A stretch of 63,992 nucleotides of DNA, counting the filler, from an uncultured bacterium (GTDB taxonomy: Bacteria; Latescibacterota; UBA2968), in assembly GCA_964471275.1 (NCBI GenBank). It is 3 parts of 3 records of this genome, joined end to end, with 100 filler letters (N's around TTAATTAATTAA, not from the genome) between each part and the next. Parts side by side here need not be neighbours in the genome. Positions count along the whole stretch, not along the records: positions 25,587 to 50,945 come from CAYYGZ010000038.1; 2 more parts are not named here. One strand, written 5' to 3'. Below the pieces are notes generated by a model. It was not told the DNA's origin, searched no databases, and worked only from the letters and a program-made list of their open reading frames with translations. Positions 26,633-37,472 of this stretch are shown piece after piece. Position 1 is the first letter of the stretch, and every line of letters begins with the position of its first letter. A program made the position numbers and the translations under genes.

Positions 26633-28357
26633 TCAGCCAGCAATCCCCTTCACCGATGCCCGAAAATTCTCATATGTATCGGGCCTGGTCGGTACTTGGA
26701 ATCCCATTTCCTTCCAGGCGACATCGAGTATACCGTTCGCAATCGATGCTCTGGCAGGCTCGATCGTCCCGCTTCCACCGACTTGAAGGCCAAAGGCGAT
26801 GGCCGCACGAGCGGTGTTCGGGAGGACGAATGTCCGTGTGTCGCCTCGGTGGATGGCCACGTCATACGCGACGGTATCCTCGGTCTTTGTGACCTCCCAC
26901 CCAATCTCGCAACCATCGAACTCAGCGTAGGGGACGTGTATGCCAACGTTCACATCCTGATGGGTCAGCATTGCCGGTGTTGTGAGTGAGTCGGGCGCAC
27001 CCAACGTGGCCCTACTACAGGATCCGCTGAACTCGAACCTCAATGCCAACTCAGCGGCCTCGAAGGTTCCGTTCTCCAGTTTCTCAAGGCTTAGGTGTTT
27101 TCCGCCGCCATTGGTCGCGAAGGCGACGACGCCAAGGACGCAGTGCTCGTCCTGCTGCGTCCACATCGCTCCTGTCGATAGATCGTAGCCATCGTATATC
27201 AATCGAACTTTCAAGCAGGAAGGTTCATCGGGCGTACCCCAGTAGGCGAGGATGTTGCGGCGCTGGTTCCACGTATCCTGGTGGTTGATCGATCCGAGCG
27301 TGACCTGAGGTGTCTGGTATGTGGTAGCAATGTGAGCGAGGGGTTCTCGCTTGACCACACGCTCTACGAGTGCCCTTGGCTCATCGAGACAGATGAGCAG
27401 GGGCTCGAGGTCTTCCGGGCACCTGGCATCCAGGCAGGCCCACGCAGGATCCTGCGGTGTCGTGTTGAGACCGAAGTCAACGGCATCACTCGTCCACTCC
27501 TCGACCGTTCGCAGCATTGCCCTGTTCCGGTGCCACCCGGAATCACTGAGATCGTTGTAGCTGCGGGAATTCGGTCCGGACCACTGATGGGTAGGAGGGT
27601 GGAAGTGGTTGGCTACGATCTCCCAGGATAGCCGAAACAGATCGTCGATCATCGACTTTGCTTCGGCGTTCCTCACGTGGTGTCTGAAGGTCGCCAGGTC
27701 CTTCAATGCAACCATCGTGTAAGTAGGGCTGTTGTACTCAGTGAACGTCCCGTTGTCTTCGACAAAGGCGTGCAGGTCTCTGACACGCTCCAGTCCTCTT
27801 GAGATCAGTTCCTCGTCCTGCAGCGTCTCGCCGGTAACAAGAGTGTCGTAGGATCCCATGACGGCAATGTTGGTATAGCCTGGCCCAACGTTTCGGATCC
27901 GGATCGCTTCACACGCGCGTCTGAGGGATGCTTCAACATCGTCGACGAGGTCCTCAGCAAGCCGGTCGGTATGGTAGGTCATCACGTGAAGTAGATCCTT
28001 GCCCAGGAAGTCAGCCCAGTTACGATCGACATACGGCCCCTCACCCAGGGGCTCTTCCATCAGGTGGGGCCACACGCCGAAGTGCTGGTGAGCCGGGTCA
28101 GCCTCCTGGATCTCTATGATGCGCGTGATAACATCGCTTGCGCGGTCAACGTGATCGTCCTCATATGTGTCCAGCAACGCCACAGCGTATCCGAGCGAGT
28201 CCCGTGTCGGATGTGCGTATGCATCGCGTGTATACCAGTTGTAGCTATAGGCGCTGCCAAACCACTTCTTGAGCAAGCGCTCTTCACGGTCATAGTTCTT
28301 GCCCTGCTGTTCCACGTGAGCGAGTCTGCGCAATCTTTCGGATTCAGGAAGCGGCAT
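26633..28357 (-). CDS. Uncharacterised protein, heparinase II/III-like (alpha/alpha toroid plus beta domain)
   Basis: Long ORF with AAGGAA RBS-like sequence; DRNWADF, YTNIA and FTEYNSPTY motifs. The fold is inferred. Confidence 0.6.
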   Translation of the reverse strand: MPLPESERLRRLAHVEQQGKNYDREERLLKKWFGSAYSYNWYTRDAYAHPTRDSLGYAVALLDTYEDDHVDRASDVITRIIEIQEADPAHQHFGVWPHLMEEPLGEGPYVDRNWADFLGKDLLHVMTYHTDRLAEDLVDDVEASLRRACEAIRIRNVGPGYTNIAVMGSYDTLVTGETLQDEELISRGLERVRDLHAFVEDNGTFTEYNSPTYTMVALKDLATFRHHVRNAEAKSMIDDLFRLSWEIVANHFHPPTHQWSGPNSRSYNDLSDSGWHRNRAMLRTVEEWTSDAVDFGLNTTPQDPAWACLDARCPEDLEPLLICLDEPRALVERVVKREPLAHIATTYQTPQVTLGSINHQDTWNQRRNILAYWGTPDEPSCLKVRLIYDGYDLSTGAMWTQQDEHCVLGVVAFATNGGGKHLSLEKLENGTFEAAELALRFEFSGSCSRATLGAPDSLTTPAMLTHQDVNVGIHVPYAEFDGCEIGWEVTKTEDTVAYDVAIHRGDTRTFVLPNTARAAIAFGLQVGGSGTIEPARASIANGILDVAWKEMGFQVPTRPDTYENFRASVKGIAG

Positions 28358-28447
28358 CAGGTATATTCCTTTCCATAGGTGAGGGTCGTCCTCTAGGACA
28401 TAACACAGGGAGAGGCGACGCGTCAATCTTCAGAATGGGAGTCCTGT

Positions 28448-29977
28448 ATGTCCAGAGGGAAGGTTTCGGTATTCAGAATCCTGGCCCTGGTATTTGTGTC
28501 TGTATTCGGAACGGGAGGCGAGGGTATGGCAGAATCGTTTAGTGCGCTATGGGGTAAGTCGGGAGAGAACTGGTCATCGCAGAGCCGGCTGCCGGATTTC
28601 TCTCAGGCAGGATATCACAATGGTGAAGAGCCGATTCCTGATGTACCCGTCGTCTTGAACGTCAGGGACTATGGTGCTGTAGGCGACGGGACAACCGATG
28701 ATACCGATGCATTCCGCCAGGCGATCGATGCAGCCGAGAAGGGCGCGGTCCTCGTGCCCGCAGGGCGCTACGTCATCACCGGGACGTTGAAGATTCAGAA
28801 ATCTGACGTGGTGTTGCGTGGCGAGGGGCCGGACAAGACGGTTCTCTTTATGCCAAAGTCGCTACAGCAGCTGCACCCATCGGACGGGTATAAGGCGCTC
28901 GGCGTGGCGAAGCTCAAGTACTCCTTCGGGGGTGCGTTCATCGAGGTCAGGGGCACGGATGGTCTGGTGGAAATCGGTGCGATAAACCGTTCGGCGAATC
29001 GTGGAGATCGCTCGGTCGTGTGCACGAAAGGTGGGAGCCTCAACGTTGGCGATTGGGTTCAGCTAAAGATGGCGCTGGATGCCGATTTGGGACGATACCT
29101 GCACGGTGGTCAGGATGCCGGAGAGGACACGTTGTCCAGACCAAGGTCGATCGAATGGGTGGCCAGGATTGAGGCGGTTGACGGTGAGCGTGTGACGTTC
29201 GACCGACCGCTTCGTCTGGATGTGCGGACGGGGTGGTCGCCGGTGCTTTACCACTATCGCCCCACAGTGAAGGAAGTAGGGATCGAAAATCTCACGTTCG
29301 AATTTTCCGGTGTGGAGAAGAAGAAGCATCTGCTCGAGGAAGGATTCAACGCGATCCAGTTCAGCGATGTCTACAATTGCTGGGTAAGGAACGCACGGTT
29401 TGTCGATGCGGATATGGGTTTTAAGGTGAGAGGGGCGAGGTTCTGTCAGGGAGAGAACCTTGTGTTTGCTGAGTCCAAACGAACGGGCAAGACCGGGCAC
29501 CACGCCATCTGGGCCGTCGGTCACTCACAGGAGTGTCTCTTCCAGGACTTCCGTGTGGAAACGACCTACGTACACGATCTGACCGTCGAAGGTTTCGCGC
29601 ACGGGAACGTCTTTAGGAACGGAATGGGACGATCGATCAATCTGGACCATCACCGGAACGGGCCCTACGAGAACCTGTTCACTAACCTGGACGTCGGCGA
29701 CCCTTCACGTCTCTGGAATTCCAGCGGGAGAGGCGACAGGGGGCCTCATTCCGGTGCGCGTACGACGGCGTGGAACCTGCGGCACAGGGGTGGCGATGTT
29801 GGTGCGCCGAGGAAACCCGAAAGGATGTTCCCGCAGATGAACATCGTCGGCGTCACTGGATACGAGAAGAGGACAGATGCAGAAGGGCAGTGGGTCGAAC
29901 CTTTGGACGGTAACGGGGTCAAGCCAGAAGATCTGTACGAAGCGCAGCTGCAAAGGCGATTGAACAAGGATCAATAG
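28448..29977 (+). CDS. Secreted right-handed beta-helix carbohydrate-active protein (pectate lyase 3/GH55-like)
   Basis: Signal peptide; RLPDFSQAGY, NVRDYGAVGDGTTDDTDAF, VVLRGEG and LYEAQL. Confidence 0.8.
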   Translation: MSRGKVSVFRILALVFVSVFGTGGEGMAESFSALWGKSGENWSSQSRLPDFSQAGYHNGEEPIPDVPVVLNVRDYGAVGDGTTDDTDAFRQAIDAAEKGAVLVPAGRYVITGTLKIQKSDVVLRGEGPDKTVLFMPKSLQQLHPSDGYKALGVAKLKYSFGGAFIEVRGTDGLVEIGAINRSANRGDRSVVCTKGGSLNVGDWVQLKMALDADLGRYLHGGQDAGEDTLSRPRSIEWVARIEAVDGERVTFDRPLRLDVRTGWSPVLYHYRPTVKEVGIENLTFEFSGVEKKKHLLEEGFNAIQFSDVYNCWVRNARFVDADMGFKVRGARFCQGENLVFAESKRTGKTGHHAIWAVGHSQECLFQDFRVETTYVHDLTVEGFAHGNVFRNGMGRSINLDHHRNGPYENLFTNLDVGDPSRLWNSSGRGDRGPHSGARTTAWNLRHRGGDVGAPRKPERMFPQMNIVGVTGYEKRTDAEGQWVEPLDGNGVKPEDLYEAQLQRRLNKDQ

Positions 29978-30028
29978 ACGTCCGATCCTCAGCCGCCGTA
30001 TCGGTGAGGTCCAGGCCCATTCAGCGTT

Positions 30029-30175
30029 TCAAGCCTCTTCTCGCTTCTCAATAGCCGAATGGAGGTGCTCCAGCAGAATGGCCATCAGCATCGGCTTCTT
30101 CAGGAGTTCGAAGCCTGCTGAGCGCACCCTCTGCCAGTCACCACGTTCATCGGTGTATTCCGTTACGTGCAGGGC
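30029..30175 (-). pseudogene. Possible remnant of a response-regulator receiver domain
   Basis: HVTEYTDE...AGFELLKKP...LLEHLHSAIEKR resembles REC beta4 to alpha5; no convincing start. Confidence 0.3.
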
Positions 30176-30206
30176 CCGTCCGGGCCCCGACCAGACCTTC
30201 CCTGAA

Positions 30207-32201
30207 TCAACGTTCTTTCCGAGTGCCGGCCGAAAAATCGAGGTCCAAAGATCTCCCTTTACACGAGATCTCATAGTTTTGTGCCTCAAAGTCGGTCTGT
30301 GCATAGGGATTGTCGAATCGCTTGTATCCGGACAGTGAGGCGGGTTGTCCATCGATTGTCAGGTCGCCGTCCCAATCGAAGGACACGGATCCGATGCCCG
30401 GAGCCTGGAAGGCAACCATCAGATCGGCACCCTCGATCGGTGCCCCGGCAACCCGGTTCGCCCACAACTCGAAGGACCCATCGTCCTGCGCCCGGCCCAT
30501 CAGGCAAATCCAGACGTTCCGGCGCCCGGATGCCCGGAGACCTTCACCTTTGAGCACACCATCCGGCGACCACACTGGTTTGTTTCGGGACCACAGAGCG
30601 ATATAGCCACTCTTGTACCGACCAAAGACCCAGTGATCCTTCTCCAGGATTTCGTCGAACATTTCCCGTCTGAATACAGCGACGGTATAGTCGAGAAGAT
30701 CCTCCTCGCAAGGCCCCGGTGACGGCATCGCGTTTCCCGACGCATCGGGTGGAAAGACCGTCTTTGGTCCAGGCAGTGGCGCATCCGGTATGTCGAAGAG
30801 TGCGATCAGGAGGTTCCGGTGTTGGGCGACGCGAGGAAACCGGCCGACCCAGTATTTATAGACCTCTTCGTCTTCGTTGCCCCGGTTCATCGCAAACACG
30901 ATGGCATCCGAATCCAGGGTGGCTTGCCAGATGTGCTGCTGGAAGCCTGGCTTGCCCTTGCGGTAGTCCTGCGCAGACGAGAGCTGGTAGTCAGGGGTGC
31001 GATACGTGTATTTGTTGACCTGGGACAGCGTCTGTCTGCCAAGATCGTTTCCGTGCTCGATCCCGTCGGCATCGAGCGCCGCGTAGGTGCCCCATATCGC
31101 TTCCGCGTATGGACGGATGACGACACTGAAACGGTGCGACTCGAAGGCGTCTGCAGTGGGCAGCGCCTCGCTGGGTGGCTTTTGTGTTGCGAATCCGCTG
31201 CCCCACATCATCATCGCCGTGTCAGGATCATCGACCCGAATGCCATAACGGTCGCAATCTGCGATCGTCAGGCTGTGGCGCTCCCGGTTGATCAGTTCGT
31301 CCGGCATATCCTGCGCGATTGACGTGATGACCTCTGGAACCCGATACCCGGTGCTTGTTGCCAGCGAGACCGCGGTCATGTTGTTCGGGTTGTTGAAGCA
31401 CCCCATCCCCCAGGCGATCTTCTGAACACCGCTTGTGGCTTCGCGCTTCCCACTGAGGATCGCGCCCGGATAAGTTCGGCCGTGTGATGTGCCGTAGGTT
31501 CCACGATACGAATCGACTGCCATATCAAAGAACATCACGTCGAGAATCATAGCCGCGCGAGTCCGGATCTCCTCGTCAGCAGAGAAGTCCGCCAGGTTGA
31601 GCAGGGGAGTCATATCCTCGTCGTAATAGACATTCGAATCCCACTCACTGAACCCTGTCCTGGCTTTGAGGTCGATCCATCGGAGGATCCTGGGACGGGC
31701 TGCCTGAACGTGCGATCTGCCGGTCTCCCCGATGTTCGAAAAGACCTGGTCGGGATAGTGTTGCCCGGCGAGATACTGATCCGAGTGGAACATGATCTGA
31801 TGGTTCTCGCTCCAGTAACACATCAGTTCCTTGCCCGGTTCATCGATCCAGTATTTGAACTCGAGCAGACACCGGTCGATCTCCGCCTTTAGGGTATCCG
31901 AAAGGAGCGCACTGTCCCGATACTTGTAGACGATCCGTAAGAGACCCGAGACCGTGAAGTCCGCACAGTCGTGCCGCTCGTCCACGTAAGAGATCGCAGA
32001 GCGGATGCTGTCTTCATCGACCGGTGTACCAATCTCCATCCTGCAGATCTGAGAAAAGAGTCCACCCCTCCCGCCAGATCCCTCTGCCGCTGCGGCGTAG
32101 TCGAGAAACGCTCGTTTCCGAGATTCGTAGGTTCCTTGCGGTCTGTCCCAGTATTCATCCACGATATCCATCCTTCTACCTTTCTCGGATTTCTGACTCA
32201 T
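30207..32201 (-). CDS. Uncharacterised protein, heparinase/alginate-lyase-like alpha/alpha toroid
   Basis: WSENHQI, GFSEWDSNVYY, HGRTY and GFQQHIWQATL. Start at 32201 (overlaps the upstream stop) or 32171. Confidence 0.6.
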   Translation of the reverse strand: MSQKSEKGRRMDIVDEYWDRPQGTYESRKRAFLDYAAAAEGSGGRGGLFSQICRMEIGTPVDEDSIRSAISYVDERHDCADFTVSGLLRIVYKYRDSALLSDTLKAEIDRCLLEFKYWIDEPGKELMCYWSENHQIMFHSDQYLAGQHYPDQVFSNIGETGRSHVQAARPRILRWIDLKARTGFSEWDSNVYYDEDMTPLLNLADFSADEEIRTRAAMILDVMFFDMAVDSYRGTYGTSHGRTYPGAILSGKREATSGVQKIAWGMGCFNNPNNMTAVSLATSTGYRVPEVITSIAQDMPDELINRERHSLTIADCDRYGIRVDDPDTAMMMWGSGFATQKPPSEALPTADAFESHRFSVVIRPYAEAIWGTYAALDADGIEHGNDLGRQTLSQVNKYTYRTPDYQLSSAQDYRKGKPGFQQHIWQATLDSDAIVFAMNRGNEDEEVYKYWVGRFPRVAQHRNLLIALFDIPDAPLPGPKTVFPPDASGNAMPSPGPCEEDLLDYTVAVFRREMFDEILEKDHWVFGRYKSGYIALWSRNKPVWSPDGVLKGEGLRASGRRNVWICLMGRAQDDGSFELWANRVAGAPIEGADLMVAFQAPGIGSVSFDWDGDLTIDGQPASLSGYKRFDNPYAQTDFEAQNYEISCKGRSLDLDFSAGTRKER

Positions 32202-34714
32202 TCAGGTAACGGTTCCGTCTTGAGCTGATCCCATTCATTCCGCAACGCACCATAGAACGCTGGCATCTCACCCAGCCGGAGTTCCATCTGAGCTTCATAC
32301 AGAGAAGCCGGCTCCACCGGACTCCCTTGAGATTCGAGTACTTCCAGATTGTCCGCGTTGAAAGCTACAGGGTCACCGTGAAAGCCAACGACGATGGGCT
32401 GGACAAATCGGTCCCGTGCGGATTCGCCCCGTCTCCAGAAGTCATATGCGGTTGTGGTGCCACCGTGATTGAAGTTCCAAAGTACGTAGTGCTTCAGATG
32501 GTTCGGCAAGTTCCATATGGACGCGCCGCTGCCATAGAGGATGCCGCCGTTGACGCAATCGAGAAGGTTCGAATAGGGCTGGGCACCGTGCGCATCGATT
32601 CGCTGGCCCCGAAGCATGTCGTATCGCCAATAGACGGTACCACAGGCGCGGCCGCTTGACCCGGGGCCGTGATGATGACCCGCAAGGTCCTCGGAGAGCC
32701 CGACCCAGACACCATAGCTGTCATGAACGGCAATGGAGGAGTGCCCCTTGTTCCCTGCCTGAGTGACGTGATAGATCGATACGTTGGCGCTGTTGCTAAT
32801 GGACACGGCTCGGTTGACGTCAACAAAGCTGCATCGACGGATCCAGCCGTCTGCGACGCGATACATCCGAACAAGACTCCAACCGCCGTCGTGGATCGCG
32901 TCTTTGTGATGGACAAACGGTTCCTTCCACGTGCCCTGGAAGCAAATGTCCTCAACTCCGACGCCTTCGATATGCTTGAAGTCTGTGATCGTCCAACCGT
33001 AACGGGCTCGAACATTTACGTGTAGCGGTTCGGCCAGCCGGACACGGCCACCATCGATTTCAGCAATTGTGTGTTTCTCCCGCACCCGGATACCGCTGTC
33101 GAAGAGCGTCGTCCAGGATGACTCGGCGGAGTAAGGGGCGAGGAAGTCACCTACTGCAGCGGTGCTCGTCATCACTAGTTTGACGCGATTACCGACGCTG
33201 AGGTTCGAGCTGTTGTCAACGGTCAGCCAGAATGTCTCTCGATCGGCATCAACCGTGATTGTCGCAAGAGTAGGATCAGAATTCGAAGTCGGCTCGAAAC
33301 GAAACATATAGGGGGATGTCCAGAGGTTCTCCGGCTGTGTCGGAGGCATGTAATTCACCTGCTGGATGACCGTCCCGCCTGCGCGACTTCCCGCGCCCTG
33401 GAGTACGATTTGGCTCGACCTGATCTTGATCTGTGTGCGGGTATCCGTGTCGGTATTGACGAGGAACTTCCCTGCCGGAAAGACGATACGACCACCGTTG
33501 TTGGCTTCCGCGGCGTGGATAGCATCCTGAATCGCCGAGTGGTCTGAGACACCATCATCCGGGAAGGCGCCGTAGTCGGTGACGTCAAACACGGTCCCAG
33601 CAGCGGCAGGTAAGGGATGTTCGCCGCGACGGTAACCCGCATACGAGAATCGGGGCAGGATTGGCTCTGTATCCGATCCCACGGCATCTCTGAACTGAAG
33701 CCACGTTCGGGAAAGGCCTGATTGCGGGACGTATGATCTCGTCAGCGACCTTGTCTCCGCGATGCCCGAGACTTGCGCCCAGAGCGCCACCTCGTGCGTG
33801 TCTGTGGAATCGCGATCGGTCATGAGTGTCGGGGGGAGTTGGACAAGCGCGTCACTGTCCCCGAGACCGATTCGGGTCGAGTAGATCGGACTCGACCGCG
33901 CGCCGATCGTGATGTCGAGCGAGTCTGTGGACTCGTTCAACAGACTGACCGGGACGTCCCAGCGACCGCGCGGCGATCCAAATCCTTGGCTGAACGTGAT
34001 GAAATCGGTGAATCCGATCTGACCGTCCGAGTCGAGGTCGTATCGAGCATCGAAATCGGTGTCGGAGGAAGTCAAACCGAATACTGCGGCGAACAGCAGG
34101 AAGTCGGCGAAATCGGATGCACCGTCGTCGTTGAAGTCGACGTTGGGGCCGGAGGTTGAGTCGAAAACCGGGGTCCCCGCCGACCAGGTGAACGTTTCGG
34201 GCAGAACAACGATGCGATCGATGAAAAGGCGAACGCGAGATCCCGGCGAGGTGACGGTGCGGAATGTGATGTAGCGACGAGAGAGGTCCGGTTCGCCTCC
34301 CCAATCGTCAAACTGTGGCTCTGCGATCTCGGCCGTGGCGAGCGTCCATTCCGTCGGTGCCTCTCCCACTTCGTAGAGCGTATAAACCGCTTCCATCCCG
34401 CCGACAAGCGGATAGTTGCGCACCTTGATCTTCAGATCCTGTAGACCCTCGCCCTCGACCTTCCACCAGAAGGCGATCCGTTTGTACTCGGAGAGATCAA
34501 CACCCGTACTCAGGTGGTAATAATGGAGGAAACCGGTTTTGTCGTTGGGTGCATCGTAACGGATTGAGAAACGCCCTTCGTAGGCATCCTGCGACAGCAT
34601 GGCTGCGCTTCCCCAATCGGTCGTGCTTTCCGCCAGGTTGATAACCTGGATCTGACACTCGATCGGTCCGGTGAGGACTGTAGACAGCGCAAATAAAAAG
34701 AGTATTCTCGTCAT
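32198..34714 (-). CDS. Secreted multidomain protein: CBM-like domain, dockerin/EF-hand-like tag and DUF4955-type beta-helix domain
   Basis: Signal peptide; LPRFSYAGY, VTDYGAFPDDG, NLPNHLKHYVLWNF, VVGFHG and PASLYEAQ. Confidence 0.75.
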   Translation of the reverse strand: MTRILFLFALSTVLTGPIECQIQVINLAESTTDWGSAAMLSQDAYEGRFSIRYDAPNDKTGFLHYYHLSTGVDLSEYKRIAFWWKVEGEGLQDLKIKVRNYPLVGGMEAVYTLYEVGEAPTEWTLATAEIAEPQFDDWGGEPDLSRRYITFRTVTSPGSRVRLFIDRIVVLPETFTWSAGTPVFDSTSGPNVDFNDDGASDFADFLLFAAVFGLTSSDTDFDARYDLDSDGQIGFTDFITFSQGFGSPRGRWDVPVSLLNESTDSLDITIGARSSPIYSTRIGLGDSDALVQLPPTLMTDRDSTDTHEVALWAQVSGIAETRSLTRSYVPQSGLSRTWLQFRDAVGSDTEPILPRFSYAGYRRGEHPLPAAAGTVFDVTDYGAFPDDGVSDHSAIQDAIHAAEANNGGRIVFPAGKFLVNTDTDTRTQIKIRSSQIVLQGAGSRAGGTVIQQVNYMPPTQPENLWTSPYMFRFEPTSNSDPTLATITVDADRETFWLTVDNSSNLSVGNRVKLVMTSTAAVGDFLAPYSAESSWTTLFDSGIRVREKHTIAEIDGGRVRLAEPLHVNVRARYGWTITDFKHIEGVGVEDICFQGTWKEPFVHHKDAIHDGGWSLVRMYRVADGWIRRCSFVDVNRAVSISNSANVSIYHVTQAGNKGHSSIAVHDSYGVWVGLSEDLAGHHHGPGSSGRACGTVYWRYDMLRGQRIDAHGAQPYSNLLDCVNGGILYGSGASIWNLPNHLKHYVLWNFNHGGTTTAYDFWRRGESARDRFVQPIVVGFHGDPVAFNADNLEVLESQGSPVEPASLYEAQMELRLGEMPAFYGALRNEWDQLKTEPLPE

Positions 34715-34720
34715 AAATAA

Positions 34721-34748
34721 AGTATAGGTCAGGGCGTCGTCAGATCAA
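34721..34748 (-). promoter_or_regulatory. Sigma70-type promoter giving a probable leaderless mRNA
   Basis: Minus strand reads TTGATC-16 nt-TATACT, with 6 nt between the -10 box and the ATG at 34714. Confidence 0.45.
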
Positions 34749-34839
34749 AACCCCGCTATTCTTTAGCCTTGATATGCCGGCTTTCCGACCCCAGTTTGCC
34801 TATTGGCCCTGTTGATGATTCCGACCTGGAGGTTCCGCT

Positions 34840-37332
34840 ATGCCAGACCCATTTGAGACTGTTGACATATCCGCTGCCTACAATGCAGGCACAGGCAACA
34901 TCGAGACGCCGGATGGATACATATGGCCATTCGGTGGCGGCAATCCGGAAAACAATCATATCGGACACCTCCCTTGTGGGGACGAGAAGTTCTGGGGAAT
35001 CCCCTTCCAACTCGCCGGGCGGGCGGCAGGCCCTGCCGAAAAGGTCTTTGTCGAAGCACGACGGGCTGCGGAGGAGATGGTGCGGATCGAGATCGGGTTC
35101 AAAGCCAGGCGTCTGCTGATTGCGCACGTTACGGCGCCAATCAACTGCCTCGGAGTGACCGTCGAGGGCGCGGGCGAGTCGCTCGGTACCGGCACTGTGT
35201 CCCTTGAGGGCGGGGAGGAGCACGCATTTCCTTTACGCCGTCGGTTCGAGATCCACGATGTGCAGGTGCCTTGGGGACACCATCCATTCCTTTGTCGCAA
35301 TTGCCGTGAGTTCAAGTCGGTTCCTCTCGATGCCAAGAGCATACCCTGGGGGGAGTCACAGGTTGGCACCGTGAAGGACAGCAACGACACGGGTGGGTGG
35401 TGGATCTACGAGTGGGTAAACCCGAGCCCGGACCTTGCGATCGAAGCGCTGACCTATCGAGCCGAGACGACCACGCCGATCCTGATTGGGGCGATTACGA
35501 TCTGCAATGAGGACAGCGATCCCTTTGCCTGGCCGCCGCGCGAAGAAGTCGCCCTGACCGTTGCGGGTGACAGCGAGTTGCCGCTGGAGGTCGAAGTCGA
35601 GCGCGGCGTGCTTGCGCGCCAGGACCAGCTGATCGTCCCGAACGAGGACTACCTGGAAACGGATGAGACCGGGTGGGGACAGGGCGGTCAGGATATCCGG
35701 AAGGATGGATACCTCGAGATTCACGGCTCACCGGAAGGAAGGGTGAAAGTACGCGTCGGTGAGGATCGATTGGCGAGCTTCCGCTGGGGGGATGTGCTGT
35801 CGGAGAAGTCCGTTACAGATGGCCCCGTACAAATGGAGATGATATCTCCGGAAGGAAAGCAGTGGTTGCACGTCCGTGTGACTGACGAGGACACGGGCGA
35901 GCAGGTGGGATGCCGCGTGCATTTCCGGTCGCCGCAGGGCGCCTACTTCGCACCGCACGGTCACCAGGCGGACGTGAACATCGCGTGGTTTGAGGACTTG
36001 GGCGGAGACTGCAAGGTTCGTGGCACGCCCTATGCCTACATCGACGGTAGGTGCCAGATCGAATTACCGATTGGTCCGGTGTTTGTGGAGGTCGTTCGAG
36101 GCTTTGAGTACACGCCGGTTCGTGAGATCGTGCACATCAAACCGGGGCAGACCGATCTCTCACTGAAGATCCGCCGTGCAATGGACATGAAGCAGCGTGG
36201 CTACTACTCCGGTGACACGCACGTCCATTTTCTCACGGCACAATCGAGTCATCTCGAGGCCGCCGCCGAAGATCTGAATGTGACGAACCTGCTGGTCAGC
36301 CAGTGGGGCCGGCTGTTCACGAGTTGGGAAGAGTTCACCGGAGGGTTAGCGCCCACCAGCAGCGAGAACTACAAGATCTGGGTGAGCCAGGAGAACAGGC
36401 AGCACGTTCTCGGTCACATCAGCCTGCTGGGTCTGAAGGATATGATTGCTCCGATTTGCACCGGCGGTCCCCAGGAGGACTGGGTTGGGGGCGAAATCCA
36501 GGTGCTGATGGCGGATTGGGCGGAACAGTGTCGCCGTCAGGGCGGATTGGTGATTATGCCGCATATGCCGGTACCGGACTTCGAGAATGCAGCAAACATC
36601 GTGATGGGACACGCCGACGGTGCAGAGATGTGTTGGGTCTGGCAGGGAGAGGAGATCGGCCAGGGCGAGAAGGGATACTATCGGTGGTTGAACGCGGGCA
36701 ACAAGCTTCCAATCGTCGGCGGGACAGACAAGATGTCGAATGGCCGTGTGCTCGGTGGATCGCGGACATACGCCAAGCTCGGGGCAGGAGAGGAGTTCAC
36801 ATTCGAGAGTTGGGCACAGGCGATTCGGAATGGGAACACGTTCGCAAGCACCGGTGCAATGATCGACCTCAAGGTCGACGGATCGGCGATGGGGAACGAA
36901 GTCCATCTGCCAGGTAATGGCGGGAAGGTAGAGGTGGTCGCCACGGCAGAGAGTATCTGGCCGCTGACGGCTGTCGAGTTGATCGTCAACGGCGAACGGT
37001 CCGCTCGAGAATATGCAGATGGCGACAAGCGGCAGGTGACTGTGCGATTCGAGATGGATGTAAGCAAGCCGTGCTGGGTTGCCGCTCGAACGTGGGGTGA
37101 GTATGCGACCGATGCAGGCCCTGTGATGGCCCATTCTTCACCCGTCTACGTCACCGTCGGTGGAAGGAGACCGTTTGTCCAGGCAGACGGCGAGTACCTG
37201 ATGACCCATATGGAGGGCGGGATCGCCTGGGCCGATAAGATCGGGGTGTTCCGTGAAGAGAATGTCCGCTCCCGCCTGATCGCCCTGTTCAACGAGGCGC
37301 GGGAAGAGATCAAGCGACGTGCCTCGTGCTGA
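34840..37332 (+). CDS. CehA/McbA-family PHP-like metallohydrolase
   Basis: GGAGG RBS; YYSGDTHVH, ENRQHVLGH, PIVGGTD and AHSSPVYV. Confidence 0.82.
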   Translation: MPDPFETVDISAAYNAGTGNIETPDGYIWPFGGGNPENNHIGHLPCGDEKFWGIPFQLAGRAAGPAEKVFVEARRAAEEMVRIEIGFKARRLLIAHVTAPINCLGVTVEGAGESLGTGTVSLEGGEEHAFPLRRRFEIHDVQVPWGHHPFLCRNCREFKSVPLDAKSIPWGESQVGTVKDSNDTGGWWIYEWVNPSPDLAIEALTYRAETTTPILIGAITICNEDSDPFAWPPREEVALTVAGDSELPLEVEVERGVLARQDQLIVPNEDYLETDETGWGQGGQDIRKDGYLEIHGSPEGRVKVRVGEDRLASFRWGDVLSEKSVTDGPVQMEMISPEGKQWLHVRVTDEDTGEQVGCRVHFRSPQGAYFAPHGHQADVNIAWFEDLGGDCKVRGTPYAYIDGRCQIELPIGPVFVEVVRGFEYTPVREIVHIKPGQTDLSLKIRRAMDMKQRGYYSGDTHVHFLTAQSSHLEAAAEDLNVTNLLVSQWGRLFTSWEEFTGGLAPTSSENYKIWVSQENRQHVLGHISLLGLKDMIAPICTGGPQEDWVGGEIQVLMADWAEQCRRQGGLVIMPHMPVPDFENAANIVMGHADGAEMCWVWQGEEIGQGEKGYYRWLNAGNKLPIVGGTDKMSNGRVLGGSRTYAKLGAGEEFTFESWAQAIRNGNTFASTGAMIDLKVDGSAMGNEVHLPGNGGKVEVVATAESIWPLTAVELIVNGERSAREYADGDKRQVTVRFEMDVSKPCWVAARTWGEYATDAGPVMAHSSPVYVTVGGRRPFVQADGEYLMTHMEGGIAWADKIGVFREENVRSRLIALFNEAREEIKRRASC

Positions 37333-37472
37333 GCCCTGTCTGGGGACCTGAGAGACCGTATCCGTAACCATCGATGGCCAGAGGAGGACCACGCGCCTCT
37401 AACTGCGCGATTCAGCAGCTGGAGGCGTGTGGCGACCCAAACAGGATTGCATACTCAAACACGGAGTTCCCG

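Noticed and set aside
37386..37432. Imperfect inverted repeat upstream of the TIM-barrel gene
   Set aside because: Mismatched stem, no U tail and no second copy seen; cannot be assigned.
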